A DNA stretch of 64,000 nt from the human T2T-CHM13v2.0 reference genome, Homo sapiens, in NCBI RefSeq assembly GCF_009914755.1, contig NC_060947.1; one strand, written 5' to 3'. Positions 1 to 13,544 of this stretch are shown piece by piece. The notes beneath the pieces were generated by a model. The model worked only from the letters and a program-made list of their open reading frames with translations, was not told the origin of the DNA and made no database searches. Positions within the stretch are counted from its first letter, which is position 1. Every line of letters starts with the position of its first letter. The position numbers were made by a program, and so were the translations under genes.

Positions 1-335
1 GTATCTTTTGTATAAGATTAAGCAGGTGGTTCAGAAATGCTATTTCGTGGTAGCTAGACTTGGTGGTTTTTTGTGGTCCCTTCCATCTCCAGGGTTACTA
101 GCATTTTTGAGCTCTCTTTCTTTCTCCCCCTACCCTCAGCCGCATTCTCCCTATCTCCTCCTTACACAGGGCACTTTCTCTCCTAGGCTACAGAGGGCAG
201 TCCACCTAACAGAACCCTACTGCTGGGGACCAACAATCTGGGCTCCCTAGTGGTGTACAAGATGATCCAAAATCTATTGCTTTGCATACAGTAAAACATA
301 GTTTGCCTTCTAGAAGTAGCACAATATTCTGGAAA

Positions 336-560
336 GAGTGCAGGCTTTGAAGACAGACAAACTTAATTTTCAATCCAGATACTGCCATTTCCTAGCTCTA
401 TGATGGCTAGCACAACAGTTGAACCTCCTTGAGCTCCATATCCTCATCTGCAAAATTGGGATAATCCTGGTTCTCATCTGCTAGTGGTGTTGTGAAGATT
501 TACTGAGACAATTTATGGAAAGAATTTAGCTCAGTGCTTCACACAGAGTATGTGCTGAAG
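336..560 (+). mobile_element. MIR SINE (degenerate)
   Basis: MIR core-like cctcatctgcaaaattgggataat...gttgtgaagattt.tgaga; boundaries approximate. Confidence 0.7.
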
Positions 561-663
561 GCATGGTTCTTGAATGAACGAGTGAGTGCATATTGGTGTC
601 ATTCTTTCCCTTCCTCCCTATGATGAAGTGCTGTTAAAAGGCTTCTGCTCTCCTTTAATTAAG

Positions 664-862
664 TGGTAAGAGCATGGATATAGAATTCAGCCAATTCAGG
701 GACTGCTGTGTGATCTTAGTTAGTAGTTAAAAAATTATCTGAGGCTCAGTCTCTTTATGCATGAAATCTGGATAACAAGGCCAAGTGTGCAGAGCTGTTG
801 TGACGATTAAAGGAAACAATGTATGCGATAGCACAGGACCTGGAACGTGGTGCGTAATTGAT
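664..862 (+). mobile_element. MIR SINE (degenerate)
   Basis: gtggtaagagcatgg...ctgtgtgatctt...ctcagtctctttat...gttgtgacgattaaa. Confidence 0.65.
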
Positions 863-1589
863 AATGCCAGGTCCTTTACTCTGCCTACCCCTAGGCACTT
901 TCATGTATGTGGGCTCATTTAGTTCTCAGAACAACCATATGAAATACGTATTATCATCATAATGAGATAATGTATGTGGAAGGCACCTAGTACAATATGA
1001 TGCAGGTGGTCAGTAAGTGTTTGTTTCCTTCCCTTTCTTTTTCTTCATTAAGACAATTATTATCCTGCCAACAATCGTGCTTTCGCATGAACTATGAATA
1101 TTTTAAAGAATGAGGTGCTAATCTTATATCGTTATCAATTTAGAAGGCAGTCTGGACCCCTGGCTTATAATCAAAATTATGTTGATTTTAATAAGATGAC
1201 AAAAGATCACAGAGTTTATAGATATAAAGTGCTTGCCTAATTCCTGCCTTGTTATGGTAAGTTATGAATAGATTAATTTGATATTTCAGAATGTAACAGT
1301 CATTAAGAAAGCATTTTCATGTAAGTTATAGTTTTACATATTAACGCCATACTTTCCTTAGCATCTAAAAGTACTGTTCTTTACTTACCATGAGAAGGAG
1401 AAAGTTTTGGATCTGTATTTGTAGAACTGGGGATTAGTTGGGGTTGAGTTCTTTTGACTTGAAACTGATCTCTTACCTGGTTTCACACCTTACCCTCTAT
1501 TATCTTCTATGTCATGTATTAGAATATGATTTAGAGAGGGCCAAAGAGTGGGTAATATTTGCAAGGCAGAGAGCTTTATGGTGAAATGA

Positions 1590-1785
1590 AATCTCATCTG
1601 ATCTATGAGCAAGTTACTTCACATCCTTTTTCCTTAGTTTCATTATTGGCAAAATAAGTATAATATTAACATTTACCTGACAGGGTTGCTTTGAGGATTA
1701 AATAGGATAAGTTATGAATAAATAAGTTAATTCATCTAAAGACTTTAACATAGAGTTCACTGTGTAGTGGACTCAATAAATGTTA
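1590..1785 (+). mobile_element. MIR SINE
   Basis: gcaagttacttcac...cttagttt...cagggttgctttgaggattaaataggataa. Confidence 0.65.
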
Positions 1786-2515
1786 ACAGCTGGCACTGCT
1801 ATGGCCACCACCACCACCACTTCCACCACTACAATGATAATGATGTGACCATTATCTTCAAGCACTACAGAATGGTTAAGGAATTGGGTATTCTGTCTCA
1901 TGAGGTACTTCAGTTCTCTGAAGGGTAGGCTGAGAACTTTCTTAATTTCAACTCCCTTTTTAAAATCCCTCCAAGGGCTCTGTGTCCATATTGCTTGAGT
2001 TACCATGGAAAGTCTGGGATCAACATTGATTCTTGATACACTAAGGCTCTTTCAGGGCCATAGGTGGATCATTCATATACTGTTACCATTGTCCAAAGCT
2101 TCAGCTGTAGAAGGTGTAGGAAACTGGGCTGAATGTTATTTGAATGCAGAGAAGCCCTTGAAAATTTTTGTAATTTGAATTGTGATCATTTCTATTTTAA
2201 TTTTTCTTAGTTCCCACAAAGCAAACTTTCTTAGTTTTGTTGAGTCTCAGCTGATCAGAATTTTATAAGAAACTTTTTCCTGTCTCTAAATAAACAAGAC
2301 TGTTATATAGAGAGATTTATCTAGGTGTCATGCATATTCAAGGAAGTAGGGAAAAGGCAATACAACTAGGTTTAGTGAATTCTCTTTTGAATACTGACCA
2401 GTTGTTTGGCTGTTCTGAAGACTAAATTAATACAGGTAAATTTCCTAAGTGGCATATCGATGGCTCAGGTGGGAATAGTGAACCTGGATGTGTTGTCCGG
2501 AAATTTTCAATAAGT

Positions 2516-2553
2516 TACAGACCAGTGTGTGAGCTACAGACCAGTGTGTGAGC
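2516..2553. repeat. Perfect 19-bp tandem duplication (tacagaccagtgtgtgagc x2)
   Basis: Read directly; lies in CR1/L3-like old sequence. Confidence 0.9.
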
Positions 2554-4047
2554 ATGACTTTACTGACAATAAAAATGGGAGGTAACGAGAGCCATGGACA
2601 CTTTTGTCCCATGAATTCTCAAAAATGAAATGATGAGCGGTTCAAATAATCTGTGTGAATGCAGAGGGCTAGACACTAGTGGTCTCTTATGGTTTCTTCT
2701 ACCTCCAGGGCCTTAAGATTCTAGAATGCTTTACTCCAGCACCAATCTTTCTTTAGATGGTTTTCTTAGAACCACCCCTCTTCCTTCTTCCTTCCATGCC
2801 TTATATTCTTTATATTCTTCCTTCCCAAAATATTGTACTGACTGCACACTAAATGCCTAAGCACTGTTCTAGGCATTGGAGTACAGAATAATAAAGAGAA
2901 ATGCTCCTCAACTCTCATGGGTTCGGCAATTTCTAATATTCTGGGATGTCCCTGACCTGATGGTAGGAAAAAGATGGCTCCTCAGTCATGGTTGAACTTT
3001 ATTTTGTACATACGCAATTCCTTATAAGTGAGTTTTTTCCCCCTTTTCTTTGACTTGCAGGTTTTGAAATCTTGGACAAAAGGAACATTTTTTAGAATGC
3101 AAGTGACCAAGTTGAGGTGGCATAGAAGTGAGGCTGAGGTGCCTCTGACACAGCCTCATAGCTTAAGCAGCTCAAGGTCTCTCCTGCTTGCTATGCTCAC
3201 CTGGATTATAGAGAGGGGGTGGGATGTGTATAATTAAAATAAACCATCAAGCAAACAAGCAAACAACCAAACAGGATCACAAGGAAAAACAAAATTCAAA
3301 CCAAACTGAAAGACAAAAAGAAAATAAACACACAAAACTCCTCTTTCCAGTGGGCCCCACAGAAAGTTTCTTTCTTTGTCTTTGAAGGGCTCAGTCCATT
3401 TTTCTTTTAGTTACTTGATTTGATATTGAGGCTGCAGCATTAACACCTGGTAATTAAATAAATGGTCAATCCACTAGCTTTGTCTAAAAGGGAACTTAGG
3501 ACCAGGCTGCCTGATCCCCACAAGGCCCCTCCCTTGCAAAAACAAACAAACAAACAAAAACAAAAAAGAAAAGATTCATCTTGGCGTCAGTTACTGACAC
3601 TGGTTCCCAAAAGGGAGGGTGTTTGTGAAATGCCCTTCTGGAAGAATAGAGGAACAAAGCTAGGTGTTCTGTCGGTGTAAACTGGAAGCAAGTCTCAGCA
3701 TGCTGGGACTCAGCACGCTGGGGCTCAAGGCACGCTAGCACCATGGGCAGGAGTTGGAAACTCCAGGCTGTTGTGCTTAAGAAAAAGAAAATTTATTATA
3801 GAGTTTCATCCACTTATTCATGAGTACATCAAAAGGGTATTAAGCGCTGACTAGAATTGGGAATAAAAGAGTAAACCCAAACATCTTTTCACTTTTCTGG
3901 ACTCAACAAACATCATTTCCATATGTTAACAACCTCCAAAGGGGACCATAGCCATCAGTCAAGTAAACAATAATGTTGAGAACAAAAATGTGAGTCCACT
4001 GATATCATACTTTTCCTCTTCTTTAAGAGATTCTTAACTGACTGACT

Positions 4048-4265
4048 TGTTTTTTTCTAGCCCAGAGAAGAGAAAACCTAGATGTAGGCGTAGAATGGGA
4101 CCTAAATATCTCTCTTCAATTATCTGAAAGGCTACATGTAGAAAAAGAGTTAGATCTGTTATATAAAATCAATGAGCAGACCAGAGATGAATGAGCAGAA
4201 TTTAAAGAGATTCTAATTTTGGTTTATTTCTAATAATTAGAGCTTATCAAATGAATAGGTGGTCT
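4048..4265 (+). mobile_element. L3/CR1 LINE 3' fragment
   Basis: ctagcccagagaagagaa...tcttcaattatctgaaaggctacatgtagaaaaagagttaga resembles the L3 3' region. Confidence 0.55.
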
Positions 4266-4349
4266 TGGGAGCCAATAATAAGAACAATAATAATAGTGAT
4301 AATTGCTATTGTTATTTTTAATGTATTTTGTATAGTACTTTAACTTTGG

Positions 4350-4510
4350 AAACACTGTGCCTCATTTAATCCTCAGTACTCATTTTGTATATCAGTCAAG
4401 GCAGATATCATTCTCCTGATTTTAGAGATGAAGAAACTGTGTCTCAGAGAGGTTAAGGATATTACTTCAGGTCACACAGCTAATATGAGATAAGCTGGAA
4501 TTCAAATCAA
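4350..4510 (-). mobile_element. MIR SINE
   Basis: ctcatttaatcctca...ttttagagatgaagaaactg...cagagaggttaag...ggtcacacagcta. Confidence 0.75.
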
Positions 4511-4710
4511 CACCTGTTGATTGGTTCTGAGGGAGTGATTAAGGAAGGACTCCCTTCCTCAGCTTGTTTCAAAATGTAAAGAAGCTGCCTTCAGATAGGA
4601 AGAATCAAATGGCAGCTCAAACTTCCCGTGAAGCAAGGGACATTTACCAGGCCACAGGCCAGTGTAGAACTGTGCTCTGCAAGCCAATCTGGATGAAAGT
4701 GAACTATTTT

Positions 4711-4746
4711 ATTTTTATTTTTATTTTTTTTTTTTTGAGACGGAGT
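4711..4746 (-). mobile_element. Extremely 5'-truncated Alu (about 10 nt plus A-tail) with TSD
   Basis: T-tract followed by gagacggagt (Alu 3' end); flanked by identical tgaaagtgaactattttattt at 4694-4714 and 4746-4766. Confidence 0.85.
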
Positions 4747-6484
4747 GAAAGTGAACTATTTTATTTATTGCCATTTCTATTTTAAGGCTGTGTTCTCTGA
4801 TTTCAATGTAAAAATGTAGGTCTGGGCTGGTGGATGGCATCATGTACACCATTCTCTGTTCATCACAGCTGCAGTCACACTGTCTCCTGTGTACACTGAT
4901 GTATGTTTGCTTGCACATATAAAATTACTTTCCTGGGACTGCAAACACAAACCAGGCTCACAATTTGCCTAATACAGTGAAGGTTGCAAAAAGAAGCATA
5001 TTTTACCATTTCCTGCATAAAAAGAAACAACAGAATTAATTCATTTGATTGACTTGCCCATTTTTCCCAGTAGTTTTCTCGGCATGGGGAAGACAAATTC
5101 TCCACGAGTGAAGACTGTATGTGTGTGTGAGTATGTATGTGAGGGCCACCCTATAGCAAGCCCTGTTCTAAAACTTGTCCTTTTCTCTTAATATGTTTTC
5201 CAAAGTTCTGCTTGATAATTATGGATTGTATCTGGAGGCCCACTCGCTAAAAGCAGGTTGAGTCATAAGCAGGTTGTAAGAGTCCAGGAGACCTGCAGCG
5301 ATGACTAAGAGAGTCATTATTTGATGAAAAGGGGAAAATAGGTGTTGGTTTGAATGGAAGGCTGGGGGAGCATGACGGACTTCTTGAGCAGGGGAGAAAA
5401 AAAACCCACTTGGAAGCTAGCTGGCAGGGTGAGTGGGGACCGGAGAAAACCGGTCTTGTGCAGTAAGACTTGCTGCTGCATTTTAATCACATCTCGATGT
5501 GACTGTTTTTTTTTCCCCCCTCTTTTTGTTTTTTCATCAAGAAAGAAAGGACTCAGAGAGAATTCAGCAGTAACCTAGCTCTTTAAACTTTGGACTATAC
5601 TCTGCTCTCTTGCACATTTTAAAATTGACACCTAGAAATTTTTCATCATAAATTCAAGTAGATGCAAATACCGTATACTTTTTGTCACCTTGTAAATATT
5701 GAGTTTAAATTAAACTCTTGCATCACTCTTTTAACTTCTTCAATAGATTCTAAGTACCATAGTATTTTTATATCCATTGCCACCCATTAAAATACTAATG
5801 GAAAAGGTCTCTAACAGTTGGATATTTAACACCATTACCTTTTCTTCTTCAACTCACATTTCCATTCACTTGCTCCACAGAGTTTTATCCTAATATCTTT
5901 CATATTTTTATGTGGAAAAGGCTTTTCTTGTTCATCCTATTATGTATCCCAATAAAAATATGTATATAAAATGAAATTTTAAACCAAATTTTTCTGTGAC
6001 CAGAAGTCTCCAAAGTGTTAAAATAAATAAGTAAGTAAATAAATAAGTGTTACGTAGCCCAAAAGTGACAGAGTAGTAATTAGAATCTAGGACTATGCTC
6101 TGACTTCCAGATCTCATCCACTCTGCTCTGCTCTACTCTGGAACCTCAGAGGAGAAAGTGAGCACAGCCATGGTAAGATTCAAGATGTCTGATAGGTAGT
6201 CCTTTCTCTTATAACGTAGGAGGAAGGTAATTGTGAAAGGAGAGGGGAGAAGGGAGGAACCAGAATGACTACCTAACCTCAAGCAAATATTGCCAAATGT
6301 CCCCTGGTGGGGCGGGGAGGAAACAAAATCACCCTCAGTTGAGGATGCATACTCCAGTTTGAACATTGATTGCTTATCTATCTTATTAGGAATGTGAAAA
6401 AGACCCAAAGCAGTCAAATGTATTATTTGCACTTTATTCAGGAAAAGGGCAAAATCTGGTTGTTTGTTTAAATTCTCTTTCCAG

Positions 6485-6783
6485 GGTGGGTGCGGTGGCT
6501 CATGCCTATAATCCCAACACTTTGGGAGGCCGAGGTGGGGGAATCACCTGAGGTCAGGAGTTTGAGACCAGCCTGGCCAGTATGGCAAAACCTCGTCTCT
6601 ACTAAAAATATAAAAATGAGCTGAGTGTAGTGGTGCACGCCTGTAGTCCCAGCTACTCGGCAGGCTGAGGCAGGAGAACTGCTTGCTTGAACCTGGGAGG
6701 CAGTGGTTGCAGTGAGCCAAGATAGTACCACTGCACTCCAGCCTGGGCAACAGAGTGAGACTCGGTCTCAAATAAATAAATAA
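6485..6783 (+). mobile_element. AluS (Sx/Sz-like), full length
   Basis: Dimeric Alu with cacctgaggtcaggag, A-rich linker and (taaa)n tail. Confidence 0.95.
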
Positions 6784-7044
6784 TCTTTGCACATGAGTGG
6801 AGAGGGGGTTGTTGAATCCATCTCAAAGGTTTTGGGGCCTGATCAAACATTGGATCTCAAGGGAACTAAAATTAGATGTAAACATATCAGGGGAAGGGAA
6901 GAATGGAGAAGAGGAATGAAGTCACAAACAACAGAAATCATAATGAAAGCTGCCATTTACTTTGTGTCAATTGCTCTGCTAAGTGCTTTACATGGAGTAT
7001 CTTGTTGAATAATCATAATAACCTAGGAGGTAATTGTAATCATT

Positions 7045-7430
7045 TGTTAGTTAGAGTGCAGGTTAGGCTGTTGTAACAAAAAGACTAAAAACTTTCAGTG
7101 ACTTAGACAAAATAGAAATACATTTATTTCCATGAAAGGGCCAGGTAGGCTGTTCAGGGTTACTGTGGCCTCCAGGCTGCTTCTGTGCTGTTCCTCTGCA
7201 ATTTCAATCCCCAGCTTCTATCACATGGTCCCAGATGGCAACTCTGGATTCTGCTATCAGGTCTGCATTCCAGCCAGTGGGAAAGATGAAAAGGGGAAGG
7301 TGAGAATATATACTTTTCTTCTAAGGGCACAATCTAAAAGGTACAAACCTCATTCCATTTATACCCTATAGGCTTGACCCATCTTGTAAAAGTAATGTGG
7401 ACTTTAGCCAGGCAGCCATGTATCCAGCTA
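7045..7430 (-). mobile_element. MaLR LTR (MLT1J/K-like), interrupted by MER58
   Basis: tgttagttagag...ggttaggctgttgtaacaaa...cagtgacttagacaaaatagaa.tacatttatttc; subfamily by eye. Confidence 0.5.
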
Positions 7431-7647
7431 CAGGGGCAGGTAAACTACACACTGAGGTCCAACAACCTCTTTCTGGTAAATGAAATTTTAATGGAACATA
7501 GCCACTCCAATTCTTCTATGTATCATCTATGCTGCTTTCTCAAAACAATGGCATTCTTGAATAGTTGTGACAAAGACTGGGTCGCAACAGTCCACAAAGC
7601 TTAAAATATTACTCTCTGGTCTTTAAGAAAAAGTTTGCCAATCTCTG
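7431..7647 (+). mobile_element. MER58A-like hAT-Charlie non-autonomous DNA transposon
   Basis: Ends caggggcaggtaaact...agtttgccaatctctg (TIR-like); internal ggaacatagccac and aatagttgtgacaaagac. Confidence 0.75.
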
Positions 7648-7851
7648 ATAGAGAACAAGAAGGGAATGGATATCTAGAGACACCTAAGGGGCCCTGTCAA
7701 GATTCTTATTTAACAAATGAGGAAACAGAAGCACATAGAGGTCCCATAAAAAGTCCCAAGGTCACATATGGATAAGTGGCAGAGCTGAGATCTGAATGTG
7801 GTTCTGTTTGGCTCCGAAGGCAAAGCACTGTTCGCTATATCATACTGTCTC

Positions 7852-8130
7852 ACTAATTCATATAGCAAATATTTATTACATCTATTCTGTACCAGGCAAT
7901 GTTCTAGGTGCTGAGGATTCAGTGGTGAATAAAAGAGAGGAAATATCTGCTCTCATGAAGTCTACATTAAAGGAAACAGACCATTAGAAATAATTAAGCA
8001 AAATATATTATACCTCAGAGGTGATACGTGTTATAAATAAAAATGAATCAGGAAAGAAGGGAAGACAGTGACAGAGTGTGGTAGGGATTCATTTTTCAAA
8101 CAAATGGTTAATTATGGCCTCAATATTGGA
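7852..8130 (-). mobile_element. L2 LINE 3' fragment
   Basis: caaatatttatt...ccaggcaatgttctaggtgctgaggattcagtggtgaataaaa (reverse of the L2 3' end). Confidence 0.7.
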
Positions 8131-8914
8131 GAAACCAAGGAGAATGAGTCTGAGCCAAAGCTCTTGAGAAGGAGGCAGGAGCCTGAGTTGAGAACACCCA
8201 GTAAAAACCCAGAGTTCCCCCTCAAAAGGGAGGTTAAACCAAAGGTCAGGAGCTGTACAGGAACTGGAGCCAAAAGAACAAAGACAGCAGTGTGGGCACC
8301 CATGGCTTGTGTGTGGTGTGTACACTGTGGTAACTGGTACAAGTGGGTGTGTAGGAAGAGAGCTTGCATAAAGGTACACAATTACACAGAAGAGTTTGCC
8401 TTTAATCCTTTTAGACAGAATCCTAAAGACTCTTTGCATGCAGACAAAAAAAAACATGCATGCACAGACGCACATACATGTAAATATAATGAGAGCAGGC
8501 AGTAAGTCAGTGCGATCTATGGAAAGATCATGGTTGTTGCAGTCCCGTGGAACTGTGAATCTCAGCTCTGCCGCATGCTGTTTTGATGACTTTAGGCAAA
8601 TTGTTGGTACTGTTTTTAGTCACGATTTATTGAGTGTTTTGTATGTGGCAGGCACTTTATATACATGATTCATCTAATCTTTACATAACTCTATATAGAC
8701 AGATGCTTGTAATATCTTCAATTATTTTCAAGTTAAATTAAGTGGTAAAATTAAGTGGTGATAGGTGACAGTCAAGAAGTAATGAGAAATGTACAATTTT
8801 CTTCCTGTGCATTTATATTGCTTTATTTTATTTAAGTATAGTGATTAATAATCTTGGTTAATGTTTCCGTGGGCTCATTTTTATTAAAAATTTTGTATTT
8901 TGAAAGTAAAAATA

Positions 8915-9160
8915 TTTAATGCTTGTTTAGTGCTTACTATGTGTCAGACACCATTCTAATTACTTTACATGTACTTCTCAAAACAAAACTGTGAGGAAAT
9001 ACTCTTATGCGCCTCATTTTTTTCTGAGATGAGAAAACAGAGGCACAGAGAGGTTAAACAACTTACCCAAGGTCACACAGCCAGTAAACAGAGAGACTGA
9101 GATTTGACCCCAGGCAGCCTGGCTCTGGAGTTCATGTGTTTAATCATTACACTACATTGC
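8915..9160 (-). mobile_element. MIR SINE
   Basis: gatgagaaaacagaggcacagagaggttaaacaacttacccaaggtcacacagccagtaa...gatttgaccccaggcag. Confidence 0.85.
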
Positions 9161-10184
9161 CTTACAAAACAGACCAATAACCATATTGAATGAGAAGACA
9201 TGCTAGCTTCTCTTTCACTTCTGGTGATGCATGTGGAAAGCCTGGTTATTTGTACTTTGTGATCTAACCCAGGGCCACTACCTCTTTAGTGTCAGCACAT
9301 CTGAAATGGAGACCAAGTCCCACGGAGCGAATATTCCACTTCTAGAAGACTAACCTGGGAAACCCAAATTTAAAAAGTGATAGTAAAGATGACAGCATGT
9401 GTGCTCTTTGTAAGTGTGACTACCTACAAATGTGTGTGCATGCGTGTGTGTGTGTTTAGATGTGTACATGTGAGTCTAACTAGTAGTTTTAGATGTCAGG
9501 GGCTAGCCTTTCTCCCCAGGAGCCTAAAATCCAACTTTTTATGGAGCAAGATTTAGAAATAAGAAACCCTTATTTTGTTTCAGGATATATACCTGGTTTT
9601 CCAGAATCTATTTTCTCTCTAGAGACCAGTTCTGCTTCCTCAGGCATGTAACTACCAAACAAGCATGGATGCTCCAGTAACACCAATGAAATGATTCTCT
9701 GCTTCAGTCCTAGTGTATCAGCTCTCATTTCATGCTCCGATCAAAAAGGCCAAACATAATTTGCTATCTGGCCGGCCTCTTCTTCGAATTGTCAGCATTT
9801 AGTAAGGATTTTCTGTGGGAATATCTTCTGTCCAAAATGGCATAGAAGATTCCAAACATGGGCTCTACATGTCACCTTTGATTGTGAATTTGGGAGCCTC
9901 AACTTGTTACCAGTACAATTGTAATCTAGATGGCTACTTTAGGGATGAGGATAGATTTTTCACTGAGCCACTCCTTCTCTCATTTAGTCTCCTCATCCCT
10001 ATTCCATACCCTAACCAGATGACAGGTTCAGCTGACTTCTAGAAACAGTTTTCTGAGGAATAATTTAACTGGCTATGATGAGGACCAATCCGCAAGAAAT
10101 GCCCTCATCAGCACAGTGTTCTAATCACTGATAGAACTAGACTATGTGGAAAATCTAAGTGGTAGAGTGAGCTGACATATTGGT

Positions 10185-11127
10185 ATGGAGAAGCTGACAT
10201 TTCATCAGGAACTATTGACTTCTGTGGGGCCAGAAAATACCACTACGGTGGTGACCGAGTTTATCATACTGGGGTTTGGAGACCTCAAAGAATTGAGTCC
10301 CTTGTCCTTCCTGGTGTTTGGGGTTACCTATGTAGCCATCTTTTCTGGGAATCTTCCCCTCATGGTACTGGTGAGCACTCGACGGAGACCTCACACTCCA
10401 ATGTTGTTCTTTTTGGTGAACCTCTCATGCCTGGAGATCTGTTATACAACCAACATTGTGCCCAGGATGCTGGTGGACCTGTTGACGGAAAACAGAATGA
10501 TCTCTATGGTGGGTTGTATCATTCAAGCCTACTTATTTTTGGTCCTGGGCAGCACTGAATGTTATTTACTGGCAATGATGTTATATGATGGGTATCTGGC
10601 TATCCATCAGCCCATGCATTATTAAAAACTAATGCATGGAACCATGTGCGTGGGGATAGTAAGTGGCTCATGAACAGTGTAAGCTGCATTCCAGGCTGCT
10701 ATGGTATCAAATTTGACCTTCTACGGTGGCGATGAGGTTAACCATTTATTCTGTGACTTGAAACCTCTGCATAAGCTCTCCTGCTCAGATCTCTATCTGG
10801 TCAACCTAGTCTGCATGAGTCTAACAGCTCTGTTGACCCAGCTTCCTTTGGACTAACCCTAACCTCCTACTGGAGGATTTTTTCAATGGTGTTGCATATA
10901 CCTTCCATGACTAGTAGGCAGAAGGCATTCTGTACTTGCTAGTGGTTGTGATCTTGTTCTATGGGATCTTGATCCTGGTCTATGCTGTGCCCTTGGCTGG
11001 CCAACTGCCAGCTCTCAACAAAACCTTCTCCTTGCTCTACACCATTGCTGCTCCCATGTGTAATCCCCTTATCAACAGCCTCAAACACAAAGATGTTAAA
11101 GAGGCTGTGAGGAAGCTGAGGATTTGA
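10185..11127 (+). pseudogene. Olfactory receptor pseudogene, class II, family-11-like
   Basis: OR motifs in order: ENTT..VTEFIILGF, GN, HTPMLFFLVNLSCLEICYT..VP, TECYLLAMMLYD.YLAI..PMHY, NHLFCDLKPL.KLSCSD, KAFCTC, PMCNPLI.SLK.KDVK.A. In-frame stops (TAA 10623, TGA, TAA), a frameshift near 10850 and loss of SSH after KAFCTC. Probable ancestral start is now GTG at 10224. Family assigned by eye from resemblance to OR11A1-type proteins. Confidence 0.95.
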
Positions 11128-11182
11128 TCCTACAATGATGAGGTTCATACAACTGACAAAAATTAGGGCAATCTGGAGGTCA

Positions 11183-11567
<385 letters not shown>

Positions 11568-13544
11568 GAAAAACACAAGATAGATTATAATTTTTATAAC
11601 CTCAAATATTGGATAATTGCCAAATATTCTGATTTTAGGGGAAGAGTTGTTACTAGTCTCCTTGAAATAATCTAGTTTTTCTTGGGCATATTTATATTGC
11701 AAGAGGGGAAAAGTACTTTTGAGTTTATGGGAGGTAAACCATTCTGGGATAGATAATAAATAATTGCTCCACACAATCCCCCAAAGGTGCAATCTTGGAA
11801 GTAGGGATTGGCAGGTAAACTTTAATTGTGTTCAGTTTCATTTTTTAAAAAAATCACACCTGGAGGTTCTGGAGGTGGAGGAAGAGTGATAACTGTGTTA
11901 CCCTCATAAGAGAGGAGAGCTCCCTAAATAAATAGTCCATGTTTATTTCCTTCACTGCCTAGACTACAGTTCTGGCTATGAGGCTATGATAATAATTTTG
12001 GACTTCTACTTGACCTGAGATTAAAAAGATAAAAATTGAATCTAATAGAACATATGGAAACCCACCAGTAGGCTAGCTTTGGAGAAATGTGCATTAAGCA
12101 CTTATAGCAATTTGTTAGACATGTGGATTGCCTCACGGCACTTTTTTCGAGATTGCATTTTTTTTCTAGCATTTACAGCTACCTGCTGCATTTTCATTTA
12201 TTTATTTTTGTTCCCCTCCCAGGTCCTTTTCCTGCTGTGTACCTGAGTTTACCTCGCTGGCTTCACTTGTGCTTCTGTTTCTTATTTTCCTGTTACCAGC
12301 TACCTAACATTATCAACTGATATATTCAAGCTACACTCCAAGGGAGAGTAAAAGCAAAAAGAGTCTGCTCTGAAAAGCAGATAATGCACTTATTAATTTA
12401 TTCAAGCAAAAATATTTATTGAGAGCCTAATATTATCCAGTCATTGTGCTAGATGCTAGGAAGAGAATAGTGAACAACATAGATACAGCTTCCAACCTCA
12501 AAAATGGTAAAATCTGGTGGCCTTAGTGTTCCAGTTGCTCGGAATTTATATTTTTACATTGTTTATATAATATGTAGATCTTGAAAGAATCATTTCTAAA
12601 GAGAATCTCTGCATGTCAAATCCCAATATTGTTATTTACCTTCATTTTAAGAGTAACTATAATAATTAATGGGAAACAACCTTATGTAAAGACCTAATAA
12701 ATCTTTTAGTAGAACATGTAAACAGAGAAATACTCAGAATGTCCCTCGTTGAGCTAAACTCACCCGATTTTGTCCTTTAAGATTCAACTCCAGTCCTACC
12801 TTCTCTTTGAACCCTCCATGAGTATGCTGCTTATGTCATTTCTCCCCCTGAGAAGTGCTTTATTTCTCTTCATCTGACATGTAGGATGCACTGCTCTGCA
12901 CTTTTTATATATGTGTCCTGTCTTCTCATTAGATTGTAAACCCTTAAAGGACAGAGGCAGAAAGTTGTTTCTAGCTGTATCCTCAAGCACCCAGCATAAT
13001 TCCTGTGCACACAGTCAGTGTTCGATGACCATCTTCACAGGATAAAATCCAAGATTCTCAGCATGAAATTGAAGGCCTTCTATTACTCTGTTCTTGTCCC
13101 TTTCTGCAGTCTCATCTCCCATCAGGCTGCAACTCACAATTTGCCACATTGTACCCTGTGCATCCTTATTCATGCCCTTTGCCTGGAAAATTCTGCCCAT
13201 ATTTATATTTCACCTGGCTAATGCCCCTCATCTTTTAATACTCAGATCCATCATCATCCTCTCCAGCAGGACTTGCTTGACCGTTTTCTCCTATCCAATA
13301 CACTGAAGCAAATGATGCTTTTCTGTGTCTCTACGGGATTCATTGTAGATATAGTTTAATAAATTATTATTTTATCTGGTTGTTTGCCAGTGTCTACAGT
13401 GCCTAGGAGAATGCTTGGGATGTGGGAGCCACTCAATGAATATTTTTTGAGTGAATGGCTCAATTGTTTATGTGCCTTCCTCCCTCACTAAACTATTGTT
13501 ATTTCCTTGTCATCAAGTACCACCTATAGCCTGACAATCCCTCA

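Noticed and set aside
8068-8505. 145-aa ORF and overlapping antisense ORFs
   Set aside because: Starts in L2-derived sequence; no recognisable domain or exon context
10185-11127. Assigning a gene symbol (OR11Q1P or OR11N1P)
   Set aside because: Cannot be decided from the sequence alone without a database lookup
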